DNA of 64,000 nucleotides from Octopus vulgaris. Lineage: Eukaryota. Under the pieces are notes generated by a model. It worked only from the letters and a program-made list of their open reading frames with translations, was not told the origin of the DNA and made no database searches. The first letter of the stretch is position 1, and every line of letters starts with the position of its first letter. Position numbers and translations under genes: made by a program. The DNA is taken from the NCBI GenBank assembly GCA_951406725.2, contig OX597821.1, forward strand, positions 70,804,001 to 70,868,000, given 5' to 3'. Below, piece after piece: positions 28,860-42,924 of this stretch.

Positions 28860-29905
28860 TGCGGTCAAGCTGCTGGAAATAGCAGCGAAATCTTTCTCAA
28901 ATTACAATCGACTGTTTAGAAAAAGGAGGAAAACTGTGGAAAATGAATTCATAGAAATCCCTAAAAAGTGGGATGGTCACGAACAGAAAGCCTTTGAATA
29001 TAGATTGGCTCAATCAGGGTTACCTTAGGACCACGCATCAAGAACCTCATCAATATCACCAAGCAACAAACAGCAGGTGCTTGTATCTTTCTGGTCACTC
29101 ATCCTGTTAGAAATAGCAGCCAAATTTCACTCAATGCACAACTAGTCATCGTACAAAGTGAAAGTCACATTGAAGAGTGTAGTGAAAGGGCGAGACGGTC
29201 GTGTTTGGATCGCTTTGGATCATTTGATTGCTCACTCGGTACCGTCCTGGGCCTTAACAACACAGACTACATTACACGTAAACCAATGAGGAAGTATTTT
29301 CTCGATTGCTTGATCTGTCAGAAATAGCAGGCAAATCTCCTTCAGATTATATCTTGTTGTCTTGCCTTAGAGAGGAGCTCGTTGCGTAAAATGCCCCTTC
29401 AAACCGCTAAAAAGTAAAACATGATTATATCTGAGATCTAGAATTTCTTCGGTCATAAGTCTGCCTGCAGGCAGTTGACTGAAAGTTAAACAACAACAGC
29501 ATAAACATAGCACGAACTGCCGTGAGAGCCTTTACCTGATTTCTCGACCAGCTAAAAATAGTAGTCAAGTCTCTCAAGCTACACGCTACCATTCAGAAAA
29601 AATGGAGGTTACATTTATGCACTCTAATCCGAGATAATCTTAGAAACACTATGAGGCAAATTAGTCACGGTTGGAACGCCTTTGATCACAACTGAGGTTG
29701 GAATAAGTAAAAGAAATCTGGTATGGTCCACCTAGGGAGTTATAACGCTGCTTCTTGCAGTGCTAGAAATAATAGTGAAATCTTTGTCAAATTACACACT
29801 GCCTTCAAAAGGAAACTGCGCATAAGATAATGTAGTCTTAAATACAAATGACAAGCGGGATGGTCAAAGCAGGATTGTCTTATCGTTACTGACTTAACTG
29901 AGCAG
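28860..29905 (+). repeat. Five diverged same-orientation copies of an old dispersed repeat of about 170-200 bp
   Basis: The ctgctagaaatagcagccaaatct..gggatggtca..gcctttgatca..aacaac-type motif recurs near 28870, 29105, 29315, 29550 and 29760; other copies at 15690, 16300, 41270 and 45990. Confidence 0.6.
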
Positions 29906-30075
29906 ACAATGAGCTCCCTCGTGTCACATACCATACGTGTGACATCACAGTCAACATCAACATTACCACTATCATTATCGACATCACCACGATCAAGACT
30001 ACAATCACCGGTCACATGTCTGGCCTCCGTCGGGCAGGGTTTGATCATTCTATGTAACTGACCTGCATAAGATGC

Positions 30076-30300
30076 TCATGTACACCTGTCTCTCCACGCC
30101 ACTGATGTTTGTCCAAAGCTAAGGCTGCCCACTTCGATATTTCTACCAAAAGTAGAGACCTCCCAAAAGTGAGAAGATCTAGTCAAGGTATTTCGATACC
30201 ATTTCGATGGATTTTTATAGATTTTGGTGTTGAATAAATTCTGAAAGTGCATTTTCGCAGACGACGACTTTGGCAATTTTAAAATTTCATGTGAAAGGAA
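30076..30300 (-). pseudogene. RTE LINE ORF C-terminal remnant
   Basis: Minus-strand frames give KLPK.. and KWAALALDKHQWR, like the RTE RLPK..WExLAxDRxxWR motif. Confidence 0.5.
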
Positions 30301-30399
30301 GAGTTGAGCTCTTGTATGACATGGACTCGAGTTGTTTATTCTGCTTCTTTTGTGTGTGTGGTTCCTCGTATAGGACAATTAAAGATAAGATATGGAGTT

Positions 30400-31300
30400 A
30401 AGAAGTTGCCAAATTTTTTTTTGAGAAAGTCAAACTATCATAACACATTTGCACCACATTTGTCCCTCCTCCCACCTACTCAATCCAACACCAACCACCT
30501 TCCTTCCAGCCACCCGATCTTTTCAGACCAACATCCTACGTTGACATTTCCGGCTCCTCCAATACGACTTTTGCTAGCCCTTAACATATTTTGTGCAACC
30601 TAGACGCTCTTTTATTTCTCATTTCCGTCATCCCTCACCTAGTCTAGATCCTAAGTCTGCTCATGGATCTCCATGCTGCACCTCCAGAAATGCCATCTCC
30701 TACCTTAAATGTAAATTCTGTTGCTTAACACCCAACACCATTCTCGCTGATACATATACGCTCATATTTATACATTCACACATATACACACTTTGCATAT
30801 ACTTCATCCTTACCCTTTACCCAAAGCACATACACCGTCAATAAACATTTTAGCTAACTGATCATGCATCCATACACACTGACACACACGCATGCGCGTG
30901 CGAACCTACTTAAACCTATCTTACAGATACTTCATCAAACACGCATAAACCCACTTCACATAAACACATATAAACAGATACACACACACACAAACATTTG
31001 TTTTTTTCTCACGCTTATCTTTGTTACTAATGTTTACATTAAAAATGCAGCCTCCTTCGTTAGTTCCTTTCTACCATTCAAATATTCTTCCATTTTTCTT
31101 ACTCTTCTATCTTGACGAGAGACCACTGTCCGAAACGTCAGGAAACTATCTTTGATATTCATTGTTGTTTTTGCCTTGACTTTAAAGCGTCTTACTTTGA
31201 TATATATTTAATAACTGACTCAGATATAACCCAGATTATCCCTGAATATTTTATTTCAGATAAAATACTGTCTTTATCTTCTCTGAATGTTTGAATTGTT
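30400..31300 (+). pseudogene. Decayed Penelope-like element 3' end with HHR remnant (31105-31145)
   Basis: TFPAPPI and HGSPCCTSRNAISYLKCKFC resemble the PLE linker/GIY-YIG motifs; downstream UUGACGA GAGAC cacu GUCC GAAAC GUC. Confidence 0.55.
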
Positions 31301-31859
31301 TTAGATTTCATAAACGGTTGTGTGTATGTATCTGTTCGCGCGCGCGCGTGTGTGTGTGTCACTTTTTAGCTCTAAGATCATAGAAATGAATGTTCTGACC
31401 AATCCTTTTTCAGACGTAGTGTATCAAGGACTAAGTAGTCGCATGTTACTTGTCTTTTTTTTTTCTGGATGTCACAACGAGAATTGAGGGGAATTTACCT
31501 GATATTTCTCGCTGATGAAGCAACTACGTTGAAAATTCTTTGCTGCTTTGTAAAATTCTCTTTGACAAATTCCAATTGGCGTTATGTTAGAATAAACAGG
31601 CCGCCGACATCTTACAGTGTCAAGAAACATGAGCTGAGTTAAGATTTGAAAGTGGCTCGACATTTATCATTCTTTTATCTTTGCTGGAAATATTGAATCT
31701 TAAAAGAACGATACAGTGTCCACAGACATGGCTAATTAAATTTATTCCATATGATAAATGAACGGGGCACATGTTGAAAACGAAGGAAATTCAGATAAAC
31801 AGCCAATGACCGTACGCTACGTGTATATGCCTGATGTTAGTCGTGACGCGTTCAAATCA

Positions 31860-32662
31860 CAGGCAAATGATGGGACCATGGGATTTCTCCCACTTGTATT
31901 TCCACACACACAGAATGATTAGAATGGTTGAAAATAGATATGATCACGATGTTTCCCTAATATCATGTGACTGTATACACACACACACATCATCAAAGCG
32001 AACAGAGCTTTTGACAGGCGGTACAAACGCGTATGGAACAACGAACACTTGATAAAGGCCATCAAAATCAGCGTATACATAGCCATAGCCCTTACTATCC
32101 TCCTGTTTACGACTCCTTGAATGCTGACACAAGCGCCACCTCCGCATCATCCTCAACATCCACTGGAGTCACTTCATCACCAATGTTGAGGTCACCAGCA
32201 TCGAGGTAATGTTGCTGTAGTCCTACCTACACTGATGAGCAGACCACGCCCGGAGGATGAAGGATCATCGCCTGCACAATATCACGCTGTACGGGGATCT
32301 CTTCAACAGCCATTGCGACAGAGGGGCAACAGAGAAGTGATACAAGGGTCGTTCGAAGAAAATACTTTGGTGCCTGTCATATCGAGCATCACCAGTGGTC
32401 AACGCTGGTCGAGGACAGTGACATCTAGCATTTCACCATCAACCATGTTGCCTCCACCTTTGAAAACGCCCATAGAGCCATTCTCAAGGACAAAAAAGCG
32501 CAGGAAGAAGAACTGCAACACAACATCATCAAATCTTGACCATACCTTCAACTGCAGCCGTGTATGCCGGTCCCACATTGGCCTTGTCAGCCAATAGCGT
32601 GCTTACAGGCACCGTGGACCAGATTTTCCTTAATTTTCGTTCGCGAAGCCAAGTCAAGAGCA
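31860..32662 (+). pseudogene. RTE-clade LINE 3' fragment
   Basis: LLEC*HKRHLRIILNIHWSHFITNVEV..SIEVML and terminal [18 protein letters not shown] (C-x-S-x-IGL-x-SH motif), short 3' UTR with gaagccaagtcaagag tail. Confidence 0.8.
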
Positions 32663-32731
32663 AGAAAAGATATATGTATATATATACATATATATATAAA
32701 TATATGTATATATATACATATATATATATAC

Positions 32732-32808
<77 letters not shown>

Positions 32809-33184
32809 CAGATAGGTATATATATACATACATATATATGTATATATATAGATACATATGCATATACATATACATATATATATAATACTAAAGGGTAAAA
32901 TTAATTAATCAATTAATAATTAATCATTTTACCAAGTAGTTCGGTATGTTAAAAGAACCATTATCGCTAACCTAATACAAAGATTCTATAATTATGATTA
33001 TAATTATGCATATAATTATAGAATTTTTGCATATATAATATATATATATATATATATATACATATATACATATGTATACATATATACATATATATGTATA
33101 CATATATACATATAAACATATATACATATATACATACACACTCACATATATATACATATACATATGTATATCTATATACATACA

Positions 33185-33256
<72 letters not shown>

Positions 33257-33693
33257 GCAATTAGATGACGATGCATACAAATGCTATAGAGTCCTTTTTG
33301 GATGGGAAGAGTCAAATATTGCACGCGGGACTCGAACTCATATTACATGTAGATTATTGTAATGTTATTATCAGTCCTGATAAACATAAGGCAAGTTCGA
33401 ACCGGTGAACCAGCTTTTTGACTCGGAAAGTATATCCCGTTTATTGACAAATTGTGTGTAGACACCTATATTATTGAATTCCTGCTGAGAATTTGAACTC
33501 AAAACGCGAAGTCGGGCATAATGCTCCGTGTGTGTGTGTGTGTGTACGTGTGAATATATGCAAATATATGCTTCATAATTTATACACATCAGATATTAGC
33601 ACCTATCCCAAAACACAAAATACGCACATGCATACGTATACATGCGCATATACATACAAAAACATGCATATACATACTCATATATAGCCATAC

Positions 33694-33823
<130 letters not shown>

Positions 33824-34339
33824 GCACCTAAATATATGAATATATTAGCTCCATATTGCAAATATTTGAACATCTAATACAGAAATCACTTCATGTATAC
33901 ACACACACATACGTGCGCATGCACACATATATACATATATAAATATATATACATGCATATACATATACACATACACACATATATGCATATATGCATTTAT
34001 ATATATATTTGTTTGTATGTAGTTGTGCTTATAAAAACATATTAGCAATTTTCACTTATATCTTTGAAAATTGAAAAACTATTTTTACATACTTTATCAT
34101 TCAAAAGTGATCTAAATTGAAAAATGGCTTTTTAATAAAAATAAAAAATATGAAACAATATAAAATTAAAAAAAACCAACACCAATATATAATATAAAGT
34201 AATATAAAAGTCATATAAAGACATACAAAATAAAATATGCAATAAACAGGAGACGGAGAAAGCGGCTTCTCTGTCGTATCTTTTTTTTTTTGCCCTTTTA
34301 TTTTATGAAGTATTGATTGACAACTTAGTTGCTATTTAT

Positions 34340-35050
34340 GTTCTTGTTGTTGTTGTTGATGATGATGATGATGATGATGATGATGACGACGACGATGGTG
34401 GTGGTGGTAGTGGTGGTTGTGGTGGTGGTGATGACGGTGTTGTTGGAGTTTGTTATTGTGGTTCTTGGGGAAGTTAGTGACGGCGAGTTGTTGGTGTGGA
34501 GGGAGAGAGATGATGGTTGCCGTGAATGTGTTTGGTTGTAGTTGTTGCTGTTAGCATTGTGATTTTGGTTGCGGTGGTGGAGCTGATGATGGTAGGTAAT
34601 GGTGGTGGTGGTGGTGGTGGTAGTGGTGGTGGTAGTGGTGGTTGCGGTGGTAGTGGTGGTAGTGGTGGTGGTGGTAGTAGTGGTGGTTGCGGTGGTAGTG
34701 GTGGTGGTAGTGGTGGTAGTAGTAGTGGTGGTAGTGGTGGTGGTGGTGGTGTGGTGGTTTTGGTGGTGGTGGTGGTGGTGGGGTTTTGGTGGTAGTGATG
34801 GTGGTGGTGGTAGTGGTGGTTGCGGTGGTAGTGGTGGTGGTGGTGGTGGTAGTGGTAGTGTGGTGGTGGTGGTGGTGGTAGTGGTGGTGGTAGTGGTGGT
34901 GGTAGTAGTGGTGGTAGTGGTGGTGGTGGTGGTGGTGGTGGTGGTGGTGGTGGTGGTGGTGGTGGTGGTGGTGGTGGAGCGGAGGATGATTTATGTTGTT
35001 GTTGCTGCTGTTGTTGTGAAGGTAGCTGTCGTTCTTGTTGCTATTGTTAA
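34340..35050. repeat. (TGG)n/(TAG)/(TGA)n trinucleotide tract, about 700 bp
   Basis: Seen directly; it gives the spurious poly-G/V/H ORFs. Confidence 0.95.
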
Positions 35051-35157
35051 GTTGTTTATTGCCATCAGTTTTTAAATATATTTTTAAACATATGCAACCG
35101 TACATCTAATATATATTCCTATGTGCCTGTGTGTGTTTATACACAGGGAAAGATGTG

Positions 35158-35189
<32 letters not shown>

Positions 35190-35474
35190 AACAAACACAC
35201 ACACACACACACATACATACATACATACATACATACATACATACATACATACATACATACATACATACACACATGCATACACTACTGGATATACATACCA
35301 GGATCCCGGTTCAATCACGATGCGTGCCATCGAGGTTAAGATCTATAAAATTGGATCGACCCCATATCTTTCAAGTTAATTGAGCAAACGGAAACTGTAA
35401 AGAAGCCCATCGAGCTGGTTGTAGTTGTGAACCTACTTAAGAAATATGTTAATGTTATACGTGTCTGTGAAATG

Positions 35475-35709
35475 AAGGCGGCGAGCTGGCAGAAACGTTA
35501 ACACGCCGGGCGAAATGCGTAGCCGTATTTCGTCTGCCGTTACGTTCTGAGTTCAAATTCCGCCGAGGTCGACTTTGCCTTTCATCCTATCGGGGTCGAT
35601 TAAATAAGTACCAGTTACGCACTGGGGTCGATGTAATCGATTTAATCTGTTTGTCTGTCCTTGTTTGTCCTCTCTGTATTTAGCCCCTTGTGGGTAGTAA
35701 AGAAATAGG
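35475..35709 (+). mobile_element. Young full-length SINE family B (tRNA head + Nin/Deu-type domain) with 19-bp TSD
   Basis: B box gagttcaaattcc; gtcgactttgcctttcatcct..ggggtcgat..taagtaccag domain; TSD tatacgtgtctgtgaaatg at 35456-35474 and 35710-35728. Confidence 0.92.
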
Positions 35710-37536
35710 TATACGTGTCTGTGAAATGTTTAACACCACTTACACGTTAATTCAAATGTTTACACAACAAAATCGCCATCGTTGAACGACGGAGATCCAC
35801 CATCTGTCTATATACATACACATATATGTATACACATATAATGATTCTTTTCTGGAACAGTGGATCTCAAAGCATATAATAGTATAATAGCGAGTAGGTA
35901 TTAGGTTGAAAATCATCTTAAGTAAAATAAAGAAAAAGTTGATTGTTGCCCGTAGGTGTCAAATCCACATCTCTCGTAAATATGACAGACGCTCTACCAT
36001 TGGAGCAAAGCATTCCTTCGACTTTTCTTTATCCATTTCAGAAACTTTATTCATATCAGCGACAATTGTATGCTGTTTGCATCATAAGAATTTTGTAAAA
36101 AGAGAATTTGAAATAAAACTTTTTACGAAGAGTGTATGTTATATATACACACACACTTATATATATGTATGTGGGAACGTGTATGTGTGCGTGTGTGTGT
36201 GTGTGTGTATGTGTAGGCACGCATTTATATATATATATATAGGTAGATATATCGAAATATATGCGTGCATACATATATATATATATTCATGTTCACATAG
36301 ACTCCCACATTTATACACTCAAATATATATATACATATGTGTGTGTGTGTGTGTGGCGCATGCGTGGACAATGAGTCTGTGTGCATGTGTGTGACTGTGT
36401 ATGAATGTGTGTGATTGTAGGTGCGCGCATGAATCTGTAAATCCTCGTGTTCATCCAATTTATTCCGCCTTAAATTAAATCAGTTTGAAAAGTTAGAGAA
36501 ATAAATAAAACACACACACCACAACAACACCGCAAAAACACAACAAGAAAAAAACACAAAAAAAAAACATCAGAAAAATAAAGCAAATACAAATCAGGAA
36601 ACAAACATTGGTAAAAGAACTGGGAAAGTTTTCTGAAGAATGAAATAAAATCGGAAGAAAATTAGAAGAACTACAGAATATCATGAAGAATTGCATAAAA
36701 ATGTTTCTAAACATTAAAAAATGCTAAATTAATCATCTTAGTATTTGTGGGAGGGGTGGGAGTATGTGTGTGCGCGAGAGAAAGAGAGAAAGAGAGAGAG
36801 AGGGGGCTGAGGGAGGGGAGGCGATGTGTGTAATTTGTAATCTTTTCAATAATTGAGTTGACGAAGGTGACGACGACGATGATGATGGTAAGGTGGTGGT
36901 GGTGGAAGGGGTGATGGCGTTCATAATGGTGGTTAACCGTGATGACGACGACGACGACGTCATAGATTTCTTAGCCATTGGTTTGTTGCTGCCCTTATGT
37001 TTCACAAATCGTCCTACATCGGAGTGGCTGAAGGGATGAATGCTCGTCCTGGACAATTACAAGTCGATGGCTACAAGAAAAGAATAAACAAATGAAAGAG
37101 GAAACGAGACTTTCTCGGGGGCAAGGTCGTTTTGGACGAAGAACTGTATGTAAAATGGTTAGTATGTAAGTTCTGGGAGCGTGTACACAATATTTAAAAA
37201 CCGATGGAAAGAGGATTAAGTAGCTGAGGAGAGGTTTTACAAGACGAGCAGCCTGTGAAGAGCAAAGACAAATTGTTATAGCGAGAGAAAAGACATAAAG
37301 AGAAAAAACAGTGGCTCTGTGGGTTGAGGATTTTTAATCACTGAAGTGGCCATTCGTCGAATGCCTCGGTCCCAGATATGGAAGTAACATCCGGTTGTCG
37401 ACCTCACCAGACGCTGGCAAAGTGAAAGGATAGGTTCAAATATAGACGAGACCGGCTTTAACATTCATCTTTCTGATATTGATAAAAGAAAGCACCAGTC
37501 AATCAATGAAATACTGGAATCGATTTCTCTCTCTCA

Positions 37537-37573
<37 letters not shown>

Positions 37574-37655
37574 TTTCCCCCTCTATCTCTCCCTTAATTT
37601 CTCTCTTTTCTCTTTTCTCTCTTTCTTTGTCTCTCTCTTTCTCTATCGTTAATTC

Positions 37656-37700
<45 letters not shown>

Positions 37701-37806
37701 TTCTCTCCAAGAGTCGGGTACGCTATTAAAAAGATGTGAAAGGCCACCCGCACTAATCTACAACATGCAAGTATGTATGTATGTATATATATATATATAT
37801 ATATGT

Positions 37807-37838
<32 letters not shown>

Positions 37839-37854
37839 TTATATCCATGTGTGT

Positions 37855-37923
<69 letters not shown>

Positions 37924-38496
37924 CATACATGTGTGTGTATGTATGTGTGTGTGTGTGTGTGTGTGTGTAGGAAAAAATACACTAAATAATTTATATGGAG
38001 GCAATACAAGCGGAAACCAGAGGAACATAATTAATAACCACACTCGAAAATCAAATGCATACATATATTCTTCTACATTTATAAAACGGAAATAAAAAAT
38101 CCAAATATATAAATATAAAGATACACATAAAATATACAGATATCGATGTGATACATAAAGCACAGTGAATTTATATTTAAAAGTTATAATATATTGGTGT
38201 AATAAAAATATGAGATGATAAAGTATTAAATGGACAAAGTAATACAAAAATTAGAAAATTTAAAAGTTCCATCTACAGACCGTTTCCGAGACGTGCCGGC
38301 TCACTTGGAGCACTACATCTCCAGTCTGTATTTTACTTGCGAGTATTGTTAACACTAGCAAATTCAAAATAAAGCTGTGTATTTTATAGGAAATATATAT
38401 ATATATATATACAAACAATTGCAGAGTGGAAGGTGTTTATAAGCTATTTAAGAAACACACAAAAACCGTTAGATTCACCTCAACATTTAAATTTAA

Positions 38497-38546
38497 TTTG
38501 CCAAAGTATTTTCGTCGCTTTGAGACCGCGACCTGTTCACTGACAA

Positions 38547-38547
<1 letters not shown>
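38497..38547 (-). ncRNA. Second G3-C8 hammerhead copy
   Basis: Minus strand: UUUGUCA GUGAACA G GUCGC ggucucaaa GCGAC GAAA AUAC UU UGGCAAA. Confidence 0.6.
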
Positions 38548-38601
<54 letters not shown>

Positions 38602-38609
38602 TATATAAG

Positions 38610-39093
38610 AATTTTTTGCGTAGTGAGATTAAAAAAACCAAGGCTGTGTAGATATTAGTACATTTATAGATACAAGGTCTTACAGCAGTTTCCAGGATAT
38701 ATATTAATTATATCCCTTCATCGGAGACGGTTTGAGAGGATGATTAAGTAATAGTTAGTTTAGATGTGATACAAAATAGAGAGTAAGGTGGAGGAAAGAG
38801 AATAGATGTAAGATATGTATGGATATTGAGGTTGTAAATCCATTTTTTAGGTAGAACGGTATATATGTAGGATTCCAATACCCTATGAGTAAAGTCCAAA
38901 ACTCCAACAGAGTTTAAAATGGGTCCTTCCAAATATAGAGTTTATACGCAATGTAAGATTCCCTTATGTGTGAGATCCAGCAGATTTTAAACTTTAAACT
39001 AGGAATGACCAAGTTTAAAAACTGCTGGATCTCGCTCATAAGGGAATCTTACATCGCTTATAAACTCTATATTTGGAAGGACCCATTTTAAAC
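38610..39093 (-). mobile_element. PLE 3' remnant with inverted segment
   Basis: Inverted repeat 38912-38994 / 39011-39093, an RVLESYI peptide on the minus strand, and the downstream HHR at 38677-38728. Confidence 0.55.
38677..38728 (-). ncRNA. Hammerhead-like motif with CCGAUGA (U4C) core
   Basis: Minus strand: GUCU CCGAUGA AGGGAUAU aauuaau AUAUCCUG GAAAC UGCU GUA AGAC. Confidence 0.55.
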
Positions 39094-39951
39094 AAGCAAG
39101 CATACACACACTCACACAAGAGAGAGAAATTACAAGGAAAAGCGAGGTAGATGCCAAAAGCGGAAAGCTGAATAAAAGTGGAACAAGACTGATTTGTGTC
39201 CACTTTGACCGTAAAGTTGCGCAAAAGTTTTGGCCCGACGTCCCTAAATAAAGACAGTTACATAATGAATTATTCTACATAGCATACACCTTTATGCGAG
39301 CATGCTGCGCATGTGTGTGTGTGTGTGTGTGTGTGTCAGAGAGAGAGCGTGTTTGTGTGCCCGTGCCTGTATGTGAGTGTCCCAACAGTGGTTTTATGTG
39401 TGTTATGAGGCTGCCCCCATTTCAAATAGGGTCTTCTCAATCTTATCGTAGGGTAAAGAGGGATTCAGCTTTCTATGGTGTGACTGTCGAATACGGCGAG
39501 GAAAATGTTAGGACCGCAACAATATTTCTTCAACCATCAATGTATTTTGCTGTGTCGATGGTCATCATGTTTACAGCAGCATCTCGTTGCCGAAGAGGAG
39601 GATAACGACGACGACGACGGCGAAGATGATGATGGTGGTGGTGGGGTTTTTTTTTGGGGGGGGGGGCAGTAGCAGTAGTAGTGAAATTCGGGAATACACA
39701 GCTCCAGTGGATGTTGTGTAGCATTCCTGCTATTATCTTTGCTTCTATAATCTCTCTCTCTCTTTCCCTCCTTCTCTCTCTCTCTCACGCACACTCGTTG
39801 TTTCTTTATCTTCTTTACTTCTTTCCTTCTTTCCTTTCTTTCCTATTTTAACACAACAAATAAACTGAAGCCTCTCAACTTTAACAACAATGGCTGGGTT
39901 TTTTCCTCTATTTATGTATTTATTGCTTTTATTGTCATTGTTGCTTTATAT

Positions 39952-40004
<53 letters not shown>

Positions 40005-40058
40005 TATGACAATGGTCAACAACGAATCTTCGGTTGATGATGATGATGATGATGATGG

Positions 40059-40094
<36 letters not shown>

Positions 40095-40270
40095 ATGGTG
40101 GTGGTGGTGGTAGTGGTGGTGGTTTGGCGGATGCTGCTTATAGTGCATCTATGTGTGTGTATACACATATGTAAAGATGTATATATATAATATATATATA
40201 TATATATACACATATATATATATATATTTATTTATTTATAAATACATATATATTTATATATACATGTGTG

Positions 40271-40377
<107 letters not shown>

Positions 40378-42710
40378 GCACACACACATACATACGTAGT
40401 GTGCAATGATTAATTCTGTTTTGCTTCGCCTCTGTTTATCTAACCATCTGTTTATGCAGTAAAGTAGACCTAAACACAGTAATATATACATTCCACTTGA
40501 ATAGTTCTTTGTTTTTTTTTTGTGGGTTGAGGACGGGGTTGTGAGGATCGGAGCCTTCTCTTCGTTTGTTGTTTCTTTCTTTGTTTCGTGACATCAATAA
40601 AGAATATACTTTCAGCTGGTTTCACAACTGTAATAGGCATTGGGCTTATTACACAGGAAATAACTAGCGCATTGATACTAATAAGGTAACCGGAAACGGA
40701 TGATTTACCGGAAGTGAGTTTTCTATAAGATAGCCTCTAGCTGGAATGGAGGAAAATTGATGGATGGTGGTAAAAATAACTTTACTAACAACAACAACAA
40801 CAACAACTGACAGTACATCAGATGAGTTTTCTTGGAAGAAAAAGAAAAGAGGAGGAAAAGGAGGTAGAAGCGTAGAGAGGAAAATGAAGAAGAATAACGG
40901 GAACAACAATAGAAAGAAGACAAAGATCCGAAATTCAACAATGTGCAGACTAACTTTGAAGTATTTCCTTTCTTTTTATGAGGAGGAACTCTCAATGTGC
41001 CGCTGAACTATAACTGTAAGGGAATAGGGAGGGAAATAGCTGTTGTACGGATGTGCTATGTCCACCTTGTAAAAGTGGGCACATCAAGGACTTCTCGATC
41101 TTAAGAAAACCGGACACTACACTCAAACCTCTGTTGACAATGTTGTTGCCGAGGAGATTCTTTGGAAAATTTAGCTTTAAAAAAATATGGTTGAATTCTG
41201 CGTCACTGTTGCAGTTGTAGTTGTAATTGTTCTTGTTGTTGCTGTTGTCCTGGTGTTATTGTTTTATTTTTTATTTTTAACCCCGAGGTTACTCTTGATT
41301 GAGCACACATCTATCATCAACACTAGACCAGCCTTAACCAACAAAAGCATTTTGTCAAGTATAACAGCATTCCATTCTAGACTATCCAATCTGCCCTCGT
41401 TTTACGACAGTACGATAGAGTTTGAGGCAAATTTGGCTACCTTTTCCAAGAGATCAGTAGATTTTTCTTTGAGTTATGTTTTCTCTGTGTGTTTGTGTGT
41501 GAGTGTATTTGTGCGTGTGTGCTCGCGCGCGTGTGTGTGTGTGCATGTGTGGTGTAGCATGTCGTGCAAATGATAGCGCCTTACTTTTCTAATAGTTTTT
41601 CTCAATCTTGTTCTTTTTCATCAACTTTATTTCATAAACACGATTTGCAGATTGAGGGACCTGATTCGAACAAGTGAAAATTGTCGGAGCTTTTCTGTTA
41701 AAAGAAGACAACATTCTACGATGCATGGCATTTGCAGTTCACGTTCTGAAACTATTATCAACGAGAACATTCCTTAGAAATACAAACAAACCAGATCGTA
41801 GAAAAAACAGCAGAAGAGGCTTAGTATCGGCTCAGGCTTCGAGTATTGTTTATTACTCTCTACATGCTAGAAATATTGCCAAATTAGCCTGAAATCATTC
41901 CCTAGTTTCTTAAAACCAGAAACGGTTTGGAGTATCTAGCAAAAAGTACATTTTGTTTGAAGAATGCATGAAATGGCGAAAGTTGGAATGGTTCCGATGT
42001 GTAGCGCCGAATTAAGTCGACTGGGCGCAGCTGCTTGGACACAAAGGATTTGGCACGACTGGGCATTCAACCTGCTATAGCGAGGGCACGTTTTGACACT
42101 GAAGGCTAACACAAATGCGTGTAAATTCACGCGCAGAAATATAAATATACAGATGGTGAGAAAGAAACACTACAATTTGTTAAATGACCATTGACTGACC
42201 ATGATTCTTTTTCCTCATAGGCATAACGAGGAATATGCTCACACACATGGCCAGAAAGATGGAGAAAGGGAGGGAGAGAGAGAAATATTAAAACGTCTAA
42301 TATCAAATAAGTCAGCGCCGAACCAGTGACATCAAATAAGCGGCGCCAAACCGCCTCTGCCAAAACAATTGTCCCAAAATGTCTCATACACGTTTAACTG
42401 AAGGCCTTTCTCGTGACATCCCAAAGTGGTGAGGAAAAAATGGAGAAAGATTTTGTAGTCTGACTTGAAACCTTGTCTGAGTGATTGCAGCAGTATACAT
42501 TCCATTAAAGGCACGTAGCGCTCAAGTGATGTTATCAAGCTAACAAAGAACATATGTTGTTCACTAGAGGGCGTCTGTGCAGTTTCTTCGAGGTCCAATA
42601 TTATCTAAAAGGCTTAGGTAGATCTGAAGCTCAGTAAAAGACATTGCTGCTGGCGGTGCTGTGGTGTGAGATCGAGGTGGGAACACATGATTGCGAAATG
42701 AACTTGATTA

Positions 42711-42924
42711 TATGAGGGGGAAAGCTCCCGGCTTTAAGGGTATCGTGAAAGACCTGGTTTAGGGACCAAACTTCTGAGTTCCTTTACAAGTTTAAAAAAA
42801 ACTGAAGGACCGCTGTTTTAAGTGTGTGGGTCTGAGACGGGAATATGTCGCATAAAATCATAATTAACTGGTCCTCCTCTATTCTCTTTCACCTAAGGCC
42901 AGGAACTTTTCAGCACCCCTTCGC
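42711..42924 (+). mobile_element. Internally deleted mariner (MITE)
   Basis: Degenerate TIRs tatgagggggaaagctcccggc / gccaggaacttttcagcacccctt; internal KCVGLRREYV transposase C-terminus. Confidence 0.6.

Noticed and set aside
28306-29028. 240-aa Thr-rich, mucin-like ORF
   Set aside because: Degenerate (ACC/AAC)n repeat running into a dispersed repeat; no domain or splice support.
31508-31545. CUGAUGA..GAAA hammerhead-like motif
   Set aside because: Stem I does not pair; at most a remnant.
34526-35105. Gly-, Val- and His-rich ORFs
   Set aside because: They derive from the (TGG)n tract and are open in several frames.
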